50,101 nucleotides of DNA, taken from positions 1-50,101 of the IMG/VR virus record IMGVR_UViG_3300033143_002021. One strand, given 5' to 3'. Both the position numbers and the translations under genes were made by a program. Below are positions 31,347 to 41,938 of the stretch, piece after piece (position 1 is the stretch's first letter; every line of letters starts with the position of its first letter). This stretch comes from a virus. Taxonomy: Duplodnaviria > Caudoviricetes. Below the pieces are notes generated by a model, which did not search any database, had not been told where the DNA came from, and saw nothing but the letters and a program-made list of their open reading frames with translations.

Positions 31347-33431
31347 ATGTTTAGGTATCCTGAAAAACGTAGTAATCCCAAAATCAAAAGAACTGGAAGT
31401 CAGGGTTTTCCTGATGGATGGAACAGTCTCCCCGATCCTGCTTCACTAAAAGACACTGAGTTATCAGAACTTATAAATGGTATTTATCTTCAATATGGAA
31501 CAATAACCAAAAGACAAGGAACTCAACTTGTAGGCGAAGCCATGGATGGCACAGACAATATTGTAAATGCAAAATCCTTTTATGATATTGACGGAAGTGA
31601 CTATGTTTTGAGAATTAACGATTTGGGTAAAATTGAAGTGTATAGTTTTTCGTTGGAAACATGGTCACTTTTAACAGCCAATGTTCCAGAGGGTTATACA
31701 GACACTGATCCTGAGTTTGCAGATGATTCTCCGATTTTTACTCCTGGTGATTTTATTAACATGGTTCAAATAAGAGATACTATTTACTTTGCTGGACCAA
31801 ACGACAGAATGGTTACTTTTGATGGTACTGATTGGGGAATTTTTGTAACCTTAGATGATCCTGATACTTATCCCACAGTTGCTAAAACAGGCAGTGGTTC
31901 TGGAACTCGCACCTACTACTATAGATATGCTTGGTTGAACGAAACAGGTATTACTCTTGCTACTCCAGCAAAAACAGATGAGGCAGAGGGTGAGGGATGG
32001 TTTGGAAGTATGCCTGAAATTGATGGTGGGACTTATTTAACCTTAACACTTCCTGAAGCTCCTTCTGATGCTACTAGGGTAATGATATTTAGAGGAGATA
32101 CTGCTGAGAATGAATTTTTCTTGGCTGCTCTTGACGCTTCTGAGACAACTTATGTTGATAAAGACATAAATCCTTTAGGACAGTCTGGAGTTGATTATAT
32201 GTTTACTGTACCATCTGCAAACAGCACAGAAGGTTATCACTTTTACTTATTAGATACTTATCAAAATATGCTTGTGGGTACAACCACAGAACTTGGGAAA
32301 GATGTCATTGTTTGGTCAGGTGAGCAGGAGATTGTTGAAACTATGGATAACAGTCTTTCTTTTACACTTCCAGATGGTTCAGGTTTTGATGGATTTCAAA
32401 AAGGAGATGGGCAGGATATTAACGCACTTAAATCCTTTTCAGTAGCCAATGATGATGGGCTTGCAGTGTTTAAAGATTCAAGAGTAGGTTTAATGAAAGG
32501 TGATCCCGTTGGTGGTTTTAATATTCAAAATGTCAATGTTATCCGTGGAACAATGTCTCCATTATCTCCTCATATTGCCGGTAATGATATTAGGTTCTAT
32601 TCAGACGAAGGTGTTGCCACTTTAGGACATGAAGAAAACTATGGAACTATTCTTAGGTATTCAGTTTTGTCTCTAAAGGCTGATTCTGTTACTAGAAGGG
32701 TTACAACCGCCAATTTACCCAATGTCTGTAGTGGTTATTACAAGAATTTGTCTTTGTTTGGTATTTCTACAGGAGAGGCAGGAACAGGGAATACCTCAAT
32801 TCTTGTATATGACGAAAGATATAACACCTGGAGTCACTGGACAGGACTTCACCCTTCTGTTTTCTTTACAGCAAAACACCCAACCACTGATGTAGAAAAC
32901 TTGTATTTTGGTGTATCAGATGCAAGTTCTGATTATGGTGGGAATGTAGTCAAAATGTTTACCGGAAGAAAAGACTATGCAACATCTACTGGTACTGGAG
33001 AAAAGATAACTCTTTCTATTACCACAAAACAATATGATGCCAAACTTTCCGACCAATTTAAGAAATTCGACAAGGCAGTTTTGGTATTTGGTTCTCTAAC
33101 AGGTAATGGAACTACAGTTCAAGCCATAGGTACTGGAGCAAGTGGAATTGAAACTTTCCCAAGATATCGAGTATCAACAGATCCCGTCTTATCTGGTTTT
33201 GGTAATGACGAATGGGGAGATCAAGAAATAGGAATGATGCAAGAGCCTGAAACTGGAGAAACTCTTTTGATTAAGTATATTAACTTGAGGCAAAAAGACT
33301 TGTTTTGGACAAAAATCAACCTACAAAACGATGGAGAGTCTGATGAAATGACATTTAGAGGAGTGTTTTTCTATTACACCTTGAGTGATAGACAACTACC
33401 AGGAAAAGCAAGACTTACAGCTTTAGCTTAA
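31347..33431 (+). CDS. Tail nozzle / tubular protein B (P22 gp10-like)
   Basis: GFPDGWN, GTITKRQG, beta-propeller-like body, LVYDERYNTWSHW. Confidence 0.7.
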   Translation: MFRYPEKRSNPKIKRTGSQGFPDGWNSLPDPASLKDTELSELINGIYLQYGTITKRQGTQLVGEAMDGTDNIVNAKSFYDIDGSDYVLRINDLGKIEVYSFSLETWSLLTANVPEGYTDTDPEFADDSPIFTPGDFINMVQIRDTIYFAGPNDRMVTFDGTDWGIFVTLDDPDTYPTVAKTGSGSGTRTYYYRYAWLNETGITLATPAKTDEAEGEGWFGSMPEIDGGTYLTLTLPEAPSDATRVMIFRGDTAENEFFLAALDASETTYVDKDINPLGQSGVDYMFTVPSANSTEGYHFYLLDTYQNMLVGTTTELGKDVIVWSGEQEIVETMDNSLSFTLPDGSGFDGFQKGDGQDINALKSFSVANDDGLAVFKDSRVGLMKGDPVGGFNIQNVNVIRGTMSPLSPHIAGNDIRFYSDEGVATLGHEENYGTILRYSVLSLKADSVTRRVTTANLPNVCSGYYKNLSLFGISTGEAGTGNTSILVYDERYNTWSHWTGLHPSVFFTAKHPTTDVENLYFGVSDASSDYGGNVVKMFTGRKDYATSTGTGEKITLSITTKQYDAKLSDQFKKFDKAVLVFGSLTGNGTTVQAIGTGASGIETFPRYRVSTDPVLSGFGNDEWGDQEIGMMQEPETGETLLIKYINLRQKDLFWTKINLQNDGESDEMTFRGVFFYYTLSDRQLPGKARLTALA

Positions 33432-33433
33432 AG

Positions 33434-33466
33434 TTACAAGTATTAAAGATATAAGTTATACTTAAA
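33434..33466 (+). promoter_or_regulatory. Late promoter TTACAA-N17-TATACTTAAA (ejection genes)
   Basis: Consensus copy. Confidence 0.75.
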
Positions 33467-33634
33467 TTAGGAAAAGATATCTTTCTTTAAAATACTTTTT
33501 CTTAATAGATAAATACCTATTATCCAGATACAAAGGATGAGGTATTTACTTGAAGGATATTGTTCGCTGAATGGAATTGTCATCATAATCATTGTGTAAA
33601 TTCCACCGACAATTAGAAAGACAAGTTTTTTCAT
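33467..33634 (-). CDS. 55-aa two-TM membrane protein (antisense moron; candidate superinfection exclusion)
   Basis: MKKLVFLIVGGIYTMIMMTIPF...YLILCIWIIGIYLLRK; TGtTATAAT 6 nt upstream of the ATG. Confidence 0.65.
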   Translation of the reverse strand: MKKLVFLIVGGIYTMIMMTIPFSEQYPSSKYLILCIWIIGIYLLRKSILKKDIFS

Positions 33635-33653
33635 CAAGAAATTATAACATACT

Positions 33654-34682
33654 ATGAGTTGGTTCACAGATCTTTTAGCAAAAACAGGTACAGCTATAAA
33701 CACAGTGGGACAAGGTGTTATAGAACCTCTAAAATCAAACCCCGTTGTTGGTCCTGCTTTAACAGCTACTTTTCCAGAAAAAGGTGTTTCTGAGTGGCTA
33801 GAGGCTTTTTACCCAACTGAGGTTAGTGCTTCTACTGGAGAGACACTTCCTGCTACAGAAGAAGGTTCTTATACATTTTCTGATTATCCTACTGGTATTC
33901 CTACTTCAGATACTTTAGGAACTACAGCCCCTCCAACAGGTGATGACAGTGGAATGGATGCAGAGCAATCCGCTATTCTTCAATGGTTGGTTGACATGGA
34001 AGCTGCACAGCTAGAGGGGGGTTTACTTCGAAATAAAGGACAAGACACTTTTGATAACTTAATGAATTATGCCAATGACTTTAGTACAAGGGCAAAAGAC
34101 TTATTCACAAACTCTGGACAGGAAATAACAAATACCTTTAGTGGTATAGCTGGTGATACAGCAAGACTTGGACAGTCTGCAAGGACAAGGGCGGCAAACG
34201 CAGCAAGAGCCGGTGGATATGGTGATTCCTCAAGGCTTGGACTAATGAATCAGGTAACAGGAAGCCTTGCTGGTAGGCAGGGACAAAATATGGCAAGAAG
34301 GGGAGAAAATGAGATGGCTAATCTTTCAGACTATAATGCGAAAGAAGCTACAGCCGAAACACAAAGACTTGGTGCAACTAATAGTTTAAATACGATGAAT
34401 GACTACGCAACAGATCTTGAAAGGCTTGGAATGAAAGATGCTACAGTAGACTTTGCTTCACTTTTAACTGGAATTAGAGATTCTAACTCTATGTTAGCTG
34501 GAATGAACCCATTAAACCCAAATGCACTTTCTTCTTTTGCGGTAGATTCTGGTGGAATACCAACAACACTTAATGCTTTAAATGATAGTCTTGCAACACC
34601 AACTTCTACTGACCTTACAAGCACTGCTTCAAATCTTGCTTTGAATCCTGCGAGTATTTTAGACTTACTTAGAAAACAATAA
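33654..34682 (+). CDS. Internal virion / DNA ejection protein
   Basis: A/G/T-rich helical protein, AARAGGYGDSSR, typical podoviral position. Confidence 0.6.
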   Translation: MSWFTDLLAKTGTAINTVGQGVIEPLKSNPVVGPALTATFPEKGVSEWLEAFYPTEVSASTGETLPATEEGSYTFSDYPTGIPTSDTLGTTAPPTGDDSGMDAEQSAILQWLVDMEAAQLEGGLLRNKGQDTFDNLMNYANDFSTRAKDLFTNSGQEITNTFSGIAGDTARLGQSARTRAANAARAGGYGDSSRLGLMNQVTGSLAGRQGQNMARRGENEMANLSDYNAKEATAETQRLGATNSLNTMNDYATDLERLGMKDATVDFASLLTGIRDSNSMLAGMNPLNPNALSSFAVDSGGIPTTLNALNDSLATPTSTDLTSTASNLALNPASILDLLRKQ

Positions 34683-34691
34683 TAAAATGAA

Positions 34692-37600
34692 ATGGTATTA
34701 TTCGACCGACTTAAAGAAAAAGCTCTCCTAAAGATAGGGCAAGTTGCCTCTAACCCCACATTGAATAAAGTTGCTGATTATGCTCAGGCTGGCAGACAGC
34801 GTGTAGCAGAATCAGATCCAAGAAGCTATTGGATGCCAGCAGCTATGCAAAATATAAAAACTGGAATAAAGCCAGTAGATTATCTTGCTAATCGTTTTGG
34901 TAATTACATAGAGAATACTTATGTAAAAGGTGCTAAGGATATCCCAGATGCTTTTAGGCAGACTTTTACTCCTACTGACGGAAAAATAACTTCAAAGAAT
35001 TTGTGGGGTGCTGGTAGATTGGGCTTAGATGCTCTTTTGGCGGTTCCTGATCCAACTGATCTTTTAATTGCTCCATATGAATACCTCAAAGGAGTAAATA
35101 AAGCAAAACTTGAAGGGAAAGAGGGGTGGGATGTAACAGGTGAGGGAGTAAAAGCAGCAACATATGAAAAACCGGTTGGGTTAGGAGAGTCTGTAACAAC
35201 TGAGCCTGGACTTACACAAAGTTTATTCAATGTAGCAGAATTACCTCTTTTACTTGCTGGTGGAGTTTTAAGAAACAAACAGGCAGGTAAAACTCTTGAA
35301 AAAATAGATGTACCCAAAGCTGATGACTTTCTTAAAAGAACCAAGGACCTGTTTAGTAAAGAAGTAGTTGATGAGTCTGTTCAAGGTATAAGACCAGGAG
35401 TGGAAAACTTAACAACTAAACTGAAAAGATCTTCTTTTGATTCCGCAAGGCTACTAGATGATCTCCATGAGTGGTTTAGTCGTGGTTCTAAGAGTTTTGA
35501 TACTGAAAAATTTACTCCTGCTATGGTTCGCTATGTTGATACGCTTGGCGATAAAAAGGTTAAGGAAATCTTTGATAAATATGCTAACGCAACTAAAGTT
35601 GCTCCTGATAGCAAAACAAAGATGTGGAAAGAACTTAGAGATGCAGTAGAAGGTAGAAGGGGTAGGCTGGGGGACATTGTCAACAAAGAACAAGGTTTGG
35701 AGGAACCCGTAGGGAGGCTTGAACAGCTTGTCGATTGGGGAGACAATTCTAGTAATGCAAGGTCCAAGGAGATGAGTAAGGAAGAATTAGAATCTCTTGT
35801 TGGAATGGGTGATGAGGTTGTTGGTGTAACAAATAAACAATCCTCTTTAAAAAGTGGAGATGAATCTGTTGAGGCGGTTGTCAAAAAGACAGAGGATCTC
35901 ATCAACAAACCCAGACTAGAACCCACTATCGAGTCTTTTGCTACATCACATCCTCCTAAAGACACTGTTTCTGGTGAAAGTGCAGTTAGAGCATATAAAA
36001 ATATGCAAGCACACGGAGAGGCTTTGATAGATAAACAAGCACAAAGGATTAGAGATGCTGGCTTGACTGATGATGAGTTTTTTAAATACTTAGACAATCC
36101 TGAATCTGCTCCTAGCAATATTAAACCTCTCATAGAAAAACACAAAGAATTGATGGATGTTTCTCATCCGCTTAGAGAAAACCCTTCACTTGGGAAAATA
36201 GAAAACTACGTTCCTCGTATGAAATCCTCTGCATTAAATGAAATTCCCGAATTAAGGCGGTTGGGTCAAGATTCTTGGGTTAGTAGTTTTACAGCAGATT
36301 TGGGTTCATCTAAAAAGAGAACTGGTGCATTAACAGATTATTCTACTGATTACAGCAAGGTAATGAAGAACTATATGGATCAAGTAGCTTTTGATAAATA
36401 TGGGAGACAAGCTGGCTATGATCCAAAAACAGCTGAATTTGTTAAAAAGGTTGAAAAACATCTTGTACCAGATAAGGATGGTTTGTATTCCAAGCCAGGT
36501 GATGACTTTAGTTATGTTAAAGCATCCTCTGAAAAGGTGGGCAATATAGAAAAACCCACAATGAACATTGAGGCAAGAAGGTCTGATACTTTTGACGAAG
36601 TTACTAATAAAATCACTGCTGAGCATGGAGACAATTCTTTGACTTTTGCCATGAGAGAAGTTCGAGATATGGGGAACAGATCTGAGGGTACTCTTAAAAG
36701 GATAAAAGATTTACCTATCAATGAGCAAATTGAGATATTGGTAGAAAGGTTAACTCATGTAGGACAAAAAATGGATCTTCGTGACAATCTAAACAAACTT
36801 GCCATGGCAGATGGTAATAAAAAACAACTTTCAGATCCAACTCTCTTGGGTTTGTTAAGAGCCGAAGAAAACTACAGAGTAGAGGCTCTTGTTAATGAAA
36901 TTGGAAAGTATAAATTTAACAAAAAAACCACCAAGTATCTTGATATAGAAATTGACAAGTTGGTTAAAAAGACAAGGTATAAACAGACTCTTTTAGACAG
37001 GGCGGTAAACTTCGCTACTGGTACTTTTTATAGAGCGCAAATTTGGGGTAACTTGTCTACAGGATTAAAGCAAAAAGGTGAAAGTACCAGAGTTCCTGTT
37101 CGGTATAATTCTGTTGACATTAAGAGTGGAATAAAGCAAAAGAGAATAGACAAGAAAAATGGAATAGACATCCTTGATAAATATGATGCTGGAAGTGTGG
37201 AAGTAAATGTGTCTAAACAACTTGGCATACCACAAAAGGAGAGTGTTCTTTCTAAAGTTGACGAGACTGCTGGAAAAGTTGGAAACTTTTTTGTGGAGAC
37301 TGGTGAGAATAGTAAAAACAGAGACTTTTTATATGCTGCAGAGGCAGAAGGAAAAAGAGTAGGGCTGGAGGGAGAGGAACTATATACTTTTGTCCGAAGT
37401 GAATTGTTTGCTAATGGGTTTATTCTTCATCAATTTAATACACCACAAATGTTGGATAATCCACTAATTAGACTTGCTTTGCAGTATCAGCAATATAACG
37501 TAAAGTTGATTAACAGGTCACTTGCCATGGTAGATGCAGGTCAAAAAGGAGATGCGGCAAAAATGATTGGTTCACAGGTTTTTGCGGCAGCTTTAATTGC

Positions 37601-38792
37601 AGGAGTAACTGGCAAATCAGTAGAGGGTGCTATTGAACAACTAATGCCTGGTGTTGGTCCAGGGATAAGTTTCCCAATTCAAATAGGAGAATTGCTTAAA
37701 GAAAATTATGAAAATGAAAATGTTGACAACAGTGGAAGAATTAATAAAGCCCTTACAAGGAATTTAGTACCTTTTGGTAATCAAACACTCAAGACAACTG
37801 GTGCTTTGGATATTTTAGGTCAAGGATATTCTGAGTCTGCCAAAGGAAATATCAATTATCCTGTAGGAGACCTAAACCCACTTCAAGAAGCACAAGCTAT
37901 TTTCTTTGGTAGTAGTTCTATTCCTAATGCAAAAGAGGCAAGCAAGATGTGGGATGCAAGAGATAAAGGTACAAGTGACGTATATCCTACCCTTACTGGA
38001 AAACAGTCTGCGGTGTTTAAAGAGACACCAGAGGATGAACAAGAGGCATATTATGATAAACAGATAGCAAAACAGTCTATAACAGCTAAGAAGCTCGCTA
38101 ATCCAGAAAAGAGAGGACTTTCTGATTGGTTCAAAAAAGAGGAAACATCTAATGAAAGTAAAATCAAAGATTTGCATTTTGCCAAGGGTGACGCAACCTC
38201 AAGTGATGCCGGTGTTCGTGCAAGTGCCTTTAGTACCTTAAAGACAGTTTTTGAAGATCCTGAACTTCCTGATGAGTATAAGCAAAAGGTTTTTGAGGCA
38301 TCAGGTGTTACCGAAAATGAGTTTGAGTATTACAAGATGGCTTCTATGAACACACTAGATAAACGAAAAGGCTTGATTGAGTTTGTTAGTGGAGAGTTTG
38401 AGGACAGAGATGAACTTGTAACGGGACTGGCTTTGATGAAAAGAACTGTTGCTAATAATGCAGTGGGTGGGACTACTGACTATAACTACTTATATGACAT
38501 GGGGTATATCACTAAAGACGAAAAGAATCTTTTATACAATATCAGGTTTGATGAGTCTACTGGAAAGTTCTACATGGACAGAGACTATAAGAGTGGTGGG
38601 GGAATCTCTGCTACACAACAAAGGTCGATGATAAACAAGGCAAATGAGATAATTAAATCCCGTGTTTCAAGAAAAACTAGAAAGCCTACTAAGTTGTCGG
38701 AGATATTTAAAACACCGGAACATATTTCTGCTTTAGACTTACAACCGAAAAGAGGAACAAAATCTGATACTAAATGGTTCAAGTCTTACTAA
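34692..38792 (+). CDS. Large internal virion / DNA ejection protein
   Basis: 1366 aa, helical, ENYVPR motif; typical podoviral position. Confidence 0.62.
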   Translation: MVLFDRLKEKALLKIGQVASNPTLNKVADYAQAGRQRVAESDPRSYWMPAAMQNIKTGIKPVDYLANRFGNYIENTYVKGAKDIPDAFRQTFTPTDGKITSKNLWGAGRLGLDALLAVPDPTDLLIAPYEYLKGVNKAKLEGKEGWDVTGEGVKAATYEKPVGLGESVTTEPGLTQSLFNVAELPLLLAGGVLRNKQAGKTLEKIDVPKADDFLKRTKDLFSKEVVDESVQGIRPGVENLTTKLKRSSFDSARLLDDLHEWFSRGSKSFDTEKFTPAMVRYVDTLGDKKVKEIFDKYANATKVAPDSKTKMWKELRDAVEGRRGRLGDIVNKEQGLEEPVGRLEQLVDWGDNSSNARSKEMSKEELESLVGMGDEVVGVTNKQSSLKSGDESVEAVVKKTEDLINKPRLEPTIESFATSHPPKDTVSGESAVRAYKNMQAHGEALIDKQAQRIRDAGLTDDEFFKYLDNPESAPSNIKPLIEKHKELMDVSHPLRENPSLGKIENYVPRMKSSALNEIPELRRLGQDSWVSSFTADLGSSKKRTGALTDYSTDYSKVMKNYMDQVAFDKYGRQAGYDPKTAEFVKKVEKHLVPDKDGLYSKPGDDFSYVKASSEKVGNIEKPTMNIEARRSDTFDEVTNKITAEHGDNSLTFAMREVRDMGNRSEGTLKRIKDLPINEQIEILVERLTHVGQKMDLRDNLNKLAMADGNKKQLSDPTLLGLLRAEENYRVEALVNEIGKYKFNKKTTKYLDIEIDKLVKKTRYKQTLLDRAVNFATGTFYRAQIWGNLSTGLKQKGESTRVPVRYNSVDIKSGIKQKRIDKKNGIDILDKYDAGSVEVNVSKQLGIPQKESVLSKVDETAGKVGNFFVETGENSKNRDFLYAAEAEGKRVGLEGEELYTFVRSELFANGFILHQFNTPQMLDNPLIRLALQYQQYNVKLINRSLAMVDAGQKGDAAKMIGSQVFAAALIAGVTGKSVEGAIEQLMPGVGPGISFPIQIGELLKENYENENVDNSGRINKALTRNLVPFGNQTLKTTGALDILGQGYSESAKGNINYPVGDLNPLQEAQAIFFGSSSIPNAKEASKMWDARDKGTSDVYPTLTGKQSAVFKETPEDEQEAYYDKQIAKQSITAKKLANPEKRGLSDWFKKEETSNESKIKDLHFAKGDATSSDAGVRASAFSTLKTVFEDPELPDEYKQKVFEASGVTENEFEYYKMASMNTLDKRKGLIEFVSGEFEDRDELVTGLALMKRTVANNAVGGTTDYNYLYDMGYITKDEKNLLYNIRFDESTGKFYMDRDYKSGGGISATQQRSMINKANEIIKSRVSRKTRKPTKLSEIFKTPEHISALDLQPKRGTKSDTKWFKSY

Positions 38793-38809
38793 ATTACGAT
38801 ATACTTAAA
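38777..38809 (+). promoter_or_regulatory. Late promoter GTTCAA-N17-TATACTTAAA, leaderless
   Basis: ATG 6 nt after the -10 hexamer. Confidence 0.65.
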
Positions 38810-38811
38810 AT

Positions 38812-39726
38812 ATGACGATATATCTCGCCAATGATACCTATTCTGCTTCCCTTCGTTCAACCTGGATATATGATCCAGCAGATGCAGATATTGATACAGA
38901 TGCAATTCCAACAAATACTCCAACTATTCTTACTGTGGGGTGGGGAACTGATTACGAAACAGTTTTCTATGTAACATCTACTTCTGGAGATAGTCCTTCG
39001 AATTACGCTTTAACTGGAGTTACACGATTAAAAGGATATGAAGGAAACTTGGCTGAAGGTCTTGCTATTAATTGTCTTAATCACGAAGAATACTTTAATC
39101 AGTGGGGAACTTCTATAACAGCCCTTGAAGAAATGCTTGATGGAACTGATGCAGATGGAATTTCTCCTGCTGATGTTCACCTTCCAACTGGAGGACAAAT
39201 TGATGTTAATGAAGTTGACCCCTGGAGAACTATATCAATCTTTGGAGGTTTGCAACCTTGTACCACTTCCCCTTGTGGAGATAAGGAAATAATTGAGGCA
39301 GGAACTAATGACATTGATTACCATGTACTAGACTTTGATGCTTCCTCAGATGAGAGAGCTTTTATAAACTTTCAAATGCCTGATTCGTGGGATGGTGGAG
39401 TAATTCAGTTTAGATATTCTTGGACAAATGCTGGTGGGGGATCAGCAGAAACAGTTACCTTTGAACTTTCAGGAAGGTCTTTTGCAGACAGTGATGCTAT
39501 AGATCAAGCAGTAGGAACTGCGATTGAGGTTGAAGATACCTGGTTAGCACAAGGAGATGAACACCTTTCAGCATGGAGTGGAGATGTTACTTTGGCAGGT
39601 GGTCCGGCGGCAGGTGAGTGGGTACACTTTGAGGTTATGCGTGATATTTCAGAAGATGACCTTACAGGAGATGCTAGATTAAAAGATGTTCAAATACGAT
39701 ATAAACAAGATCAATACTCAGACTAA
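38812..39726 (+). CDS. Tail fibre/spike-associated structural protein
   Basis: Acidic; TGVTR N-terminal anchor-like part; LDFD...FQMPDSWDGG beta-sandwich. Confidence 0.55.
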   Translation: MTIYLANDTYSASLRSTWIYDPADADIDTDAIPTNTPTILTVGWGTDYETVFYVTSTSGDSPSNYALTGVTRLKGYEGNLAEGLAINCLNHEEYFNQWGTSITALEEMLDGTDADGISPADVHLPTGGQIDVNEVDPWRTISIFGGLQPCTTSPCGDKEIIEAGTNDIDYHVLDFDASSDERAFINFQMPDSWDGGVIQFRYSWTNAGGGSAETVTFELSGRSFADSDAIDQAVGTAIEVEDTWLAQGDEHLSAWSGDVTLAGGPAAGEWVHFEVMRDISEDDLTGDARLKDVQIRYKQDQYSD

Positions 39727-40430
39727 TGACAAAGCTAACAGATACCAGTTTAGATGGTAATGGAAATTTATTGGCACACTATGAATTTGATAGTGGTGCA
39801 TTAGTAACCGATTCTTCAGGTAACAGTAGAACATTAACTAATAACAACACAGTAGGTGAAACTGCTAGTGGTAAGTATGGATATGGAGCAGACTTTGGAG
39901 ATCCTAATACGGATAAAGATTTCTCTAGGGCTGAAGATATATGGGCTAATGGTGCTGCAAGTTTTGTTTGTTGGGCAAAAAGAACAAATATTACTGACAC
40001 AATGGGTTTTATGCTTTTGAATGATGCCGCGACAATGAAGCAACTTTATTTATATGTAACATCAGCTAATTTAGCTGCGGCAATTTATAGAGTTGGTGAG
40101 GGTTACGATACTGTCACTACAGCAACACCTCCAGATACCAAATGGCATCATTACGCTTTAACATTAACTACGGGTGCAGGTGGAACAATGCTTACTTATT
40201 TAGATGGTGTTCAACTGGGAACTAAAGTTGTCACAAACTCAAGTGGTTCTGTTGGACAGGCAGACCAATACAAAGTAGGAATAGACGCTGGAAATAGAAT
40301 GGAGGGGTTAATGGATGATGTTGCTTTCTTTAATGATGTTTTAACACCTGCTGAAATTAAGGAATTAGCTTATGTCCCTATAGGTGGTAATCCGATGTTT
40401 TTTAGTTCAGGAGGTTTAGCAGTATCATGA
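39726..40430 (+). CDS. LamG/concanavalin A-like lectin domain protein
   Basis: LLAHYEFD...DSSGN, WHHYALT, YLDGV, GLMDDVAFFNDVLTPAEI. Confidence 0.9.
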   Translation: MTKLTDTSLDGNGNLLAHYEFDSGALVTDSSGNSRTLTNNNTVGETASGKYGYGADFGDPNTDKDFSRAEDIWANGAASFVCWAKRTNITDTMGFMLLNDAATMKQLYLYVTSANLAAAIYRVGEGYDTVTTATPPDTKWHHYALTLTTGAGGTMLTYLDGVQLGTKVVTNSSGSVGQADQYKVGIDAGNRMEGLMDDVAFFNDVLTPAEIKELAYVPIGGNPMFFSSGGLAVS

Positions 40431-40663
40431 CAAGTAATGTTTCACAAAAAGACATTTATGAGGCTATTCAAGACTTTCGAAAAGAAGTTACTCATATGTT
40501 TGATAAACAGTCAAAAAGATTTGATGATAGATATGATAAAGTACAAGAACAAGTTGACAAGAACACTAATTGGAAAAACAAAGCAATAGGACAAGCAACA
40601 GTAATTTTTACAATAATAGGAATTGGAGTCAATTGGATTTGGGAAGCATTCTCAAGTAAATGA
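40427..40663 (+). CDS. Holin/antiholin-like protein (coiled coil plus C-terminal TM)
   Basis: AIGQATVIFTIIGIGVNWIW; precedes the endolysin. Confidence 0.55.
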   Translation: MTSNVSQKDIYEAIQDFRKEVTHMFDKQSKRFDDRYDKVQEQVDKNTNWKNKAIGQATVIFTIIGIGVNWIWEAFSSK

Positions 40664-41517
40664 AAGATAAACTAAATCAGTTTGTTGATAACACAATAGG
40701 TCAGTTTGTTGAAGTTTCCTATAAAGCTGCAATTTATCAGTGTTTTGACTTGGCTTATGCTTGGATATTCTCTCTAGGAATACCAAAAGCTACTATTCAA
40801 AATGGATCAGCATTTGAAATCTACACTAAAGCTGATAACTACACTAGAGAATACTTCGAGGTAATTCCCAATAAGTTAAAAACTATTCCACAAGGAGGAG
40901 ACTTGGTGGTTTGGAGCAACAAATACGGGAAATATGGTCATGTAGCTATTGTAATAGAAGCTACTCAGACCAGAATGAAAGTCTTTGAGCAAAATAATCC
41001 TTTAGGAACCAATGCACACATTCAAGAGAGAACTTATACCAACGTACTAGGTTTTCTGAGACCCAAGAATGTAGTAGTTCCAAAAGTACCACAATGGTTG
41101 AGTACACTATTGCAAGAACGTGGTTTGACGATAGATAATGAAGGAGACATAAGGGCTTTGTTTGATAGGGCAAAAAAATATGATGATGAAGTTTCAGGTC
41201 TACGGGAGCAAGTTAAAAGTGCGAATGAAGAATTGGCGAATAAGGCGTTGGAATTGTCTATTACTGTGGAGAAACTTGGAAAAGAGGAAAGAAAAGCTAA
41301 TGAACTACAAGAACAACTTAATAAAACAAGAGGTGAACGAGATAAGGCAGTTTGGGAAAATGACAAAACAAAGATTATGGTTGAAACACTTGAAGAAGGT
41401 CTATCTGCGTATGAAACGCAAGTTAGCGACCTTAAAATGGCTCTAAAGGAGTCTAAAGAGAAGTCTGTAGAGGGATTAAGTAGATGGGACTTGTTCAAGT
41501 TCTTAGTTAGGTGGTGA
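40660..41517 (+). CDS. CHAP-domain endolysin with a long C-terminal coiled coil
   Basis: YQCFDLA, PQGGDLVVW, YGHVAIV, FEQN, GFLRP. Confidence 0.9.
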   Translation: MKDKLNQFVDNTIGQFVEVSYKAAIYQCFDLAYAWIFSLGIPKATIQNGSAFEIYTKADNYTREYFEVIPNKLKTIPQGGDLVVWSNKYGKYGHVAIVIEATQTRMKVFEQNNPLGTNAHIQERTYTNVLGFLRPKNVVVPKVPQWLSTLLQERGLTIDNEGDIRALFDRAKKYDDEVSGLREQVKSANEELANKALELSITVEKLGKEERKANELQEQLNKTRGERDKAVWENDKTKIMVETLEEGLSAYETQVSDLKMALKESKEKSVEGLSRWDLFKFLVRW

Positions 41518-41522
41518 TGATT

Positions 41523-41705
41523 ATGAGATTAACAAAAACACAAAAAGAGAAATTTTATAAAAACTTGCTAAAGTTTACTGCTCCTATTTTAGTAATATTT
41601 TTCGGACAATTAGCAACAGGTGTTGATTGGAAGGCAGCAGGTTTTGTGGCATTGTACGCTTTTTACGCAGCCACTTCGGATTTGTTCAGTAAAGTGAAGA
41701 AGTAA
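41523..41705 (+). CDS. Holin-like two-TM protein
   Basis: Two hydrophobic segments, basic termini, follows the endolysin. Confidence 0.6.
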   Translation: MRLTKTQKEKFYKNLLKFTAPILVIFFGQLATGVDWKAAGFVALYAFYAATSDLFSKVKK

Positions 41706-41938
41706 TGAACCCCATCGAGAGAAGTAAGACAAACTTGGGTGCTAAATTCATTCGAGTTACTTGTACTGATGAGAAATGTAAGTCTAGTCGTGAACCAGAC
41801 AAGATACTCTATGACGCACACAATGGTTATGAGAATAGTGGAGGAGTAAATATATCAGGTAGCCAAAGACGAGAGGCTGAAAATGTAGCCCAAAAACACA
41901 ACCAAAACCACAGAATTAGAATCGTTGAAGGAGAGTAA
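41705..41938 (+). CDS. Hypothetical protein (C-x4-C...H-x3-H)
   Basis: ORF coupled by TAATG. Confidence 0.6.
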   Translation: MNPIERSKTNLGAKFIRVTCTDEKCKSSREPDKILYDAHNGYENSGGVNISGSQRREAENVAQKHNQNHRIRIVEGE

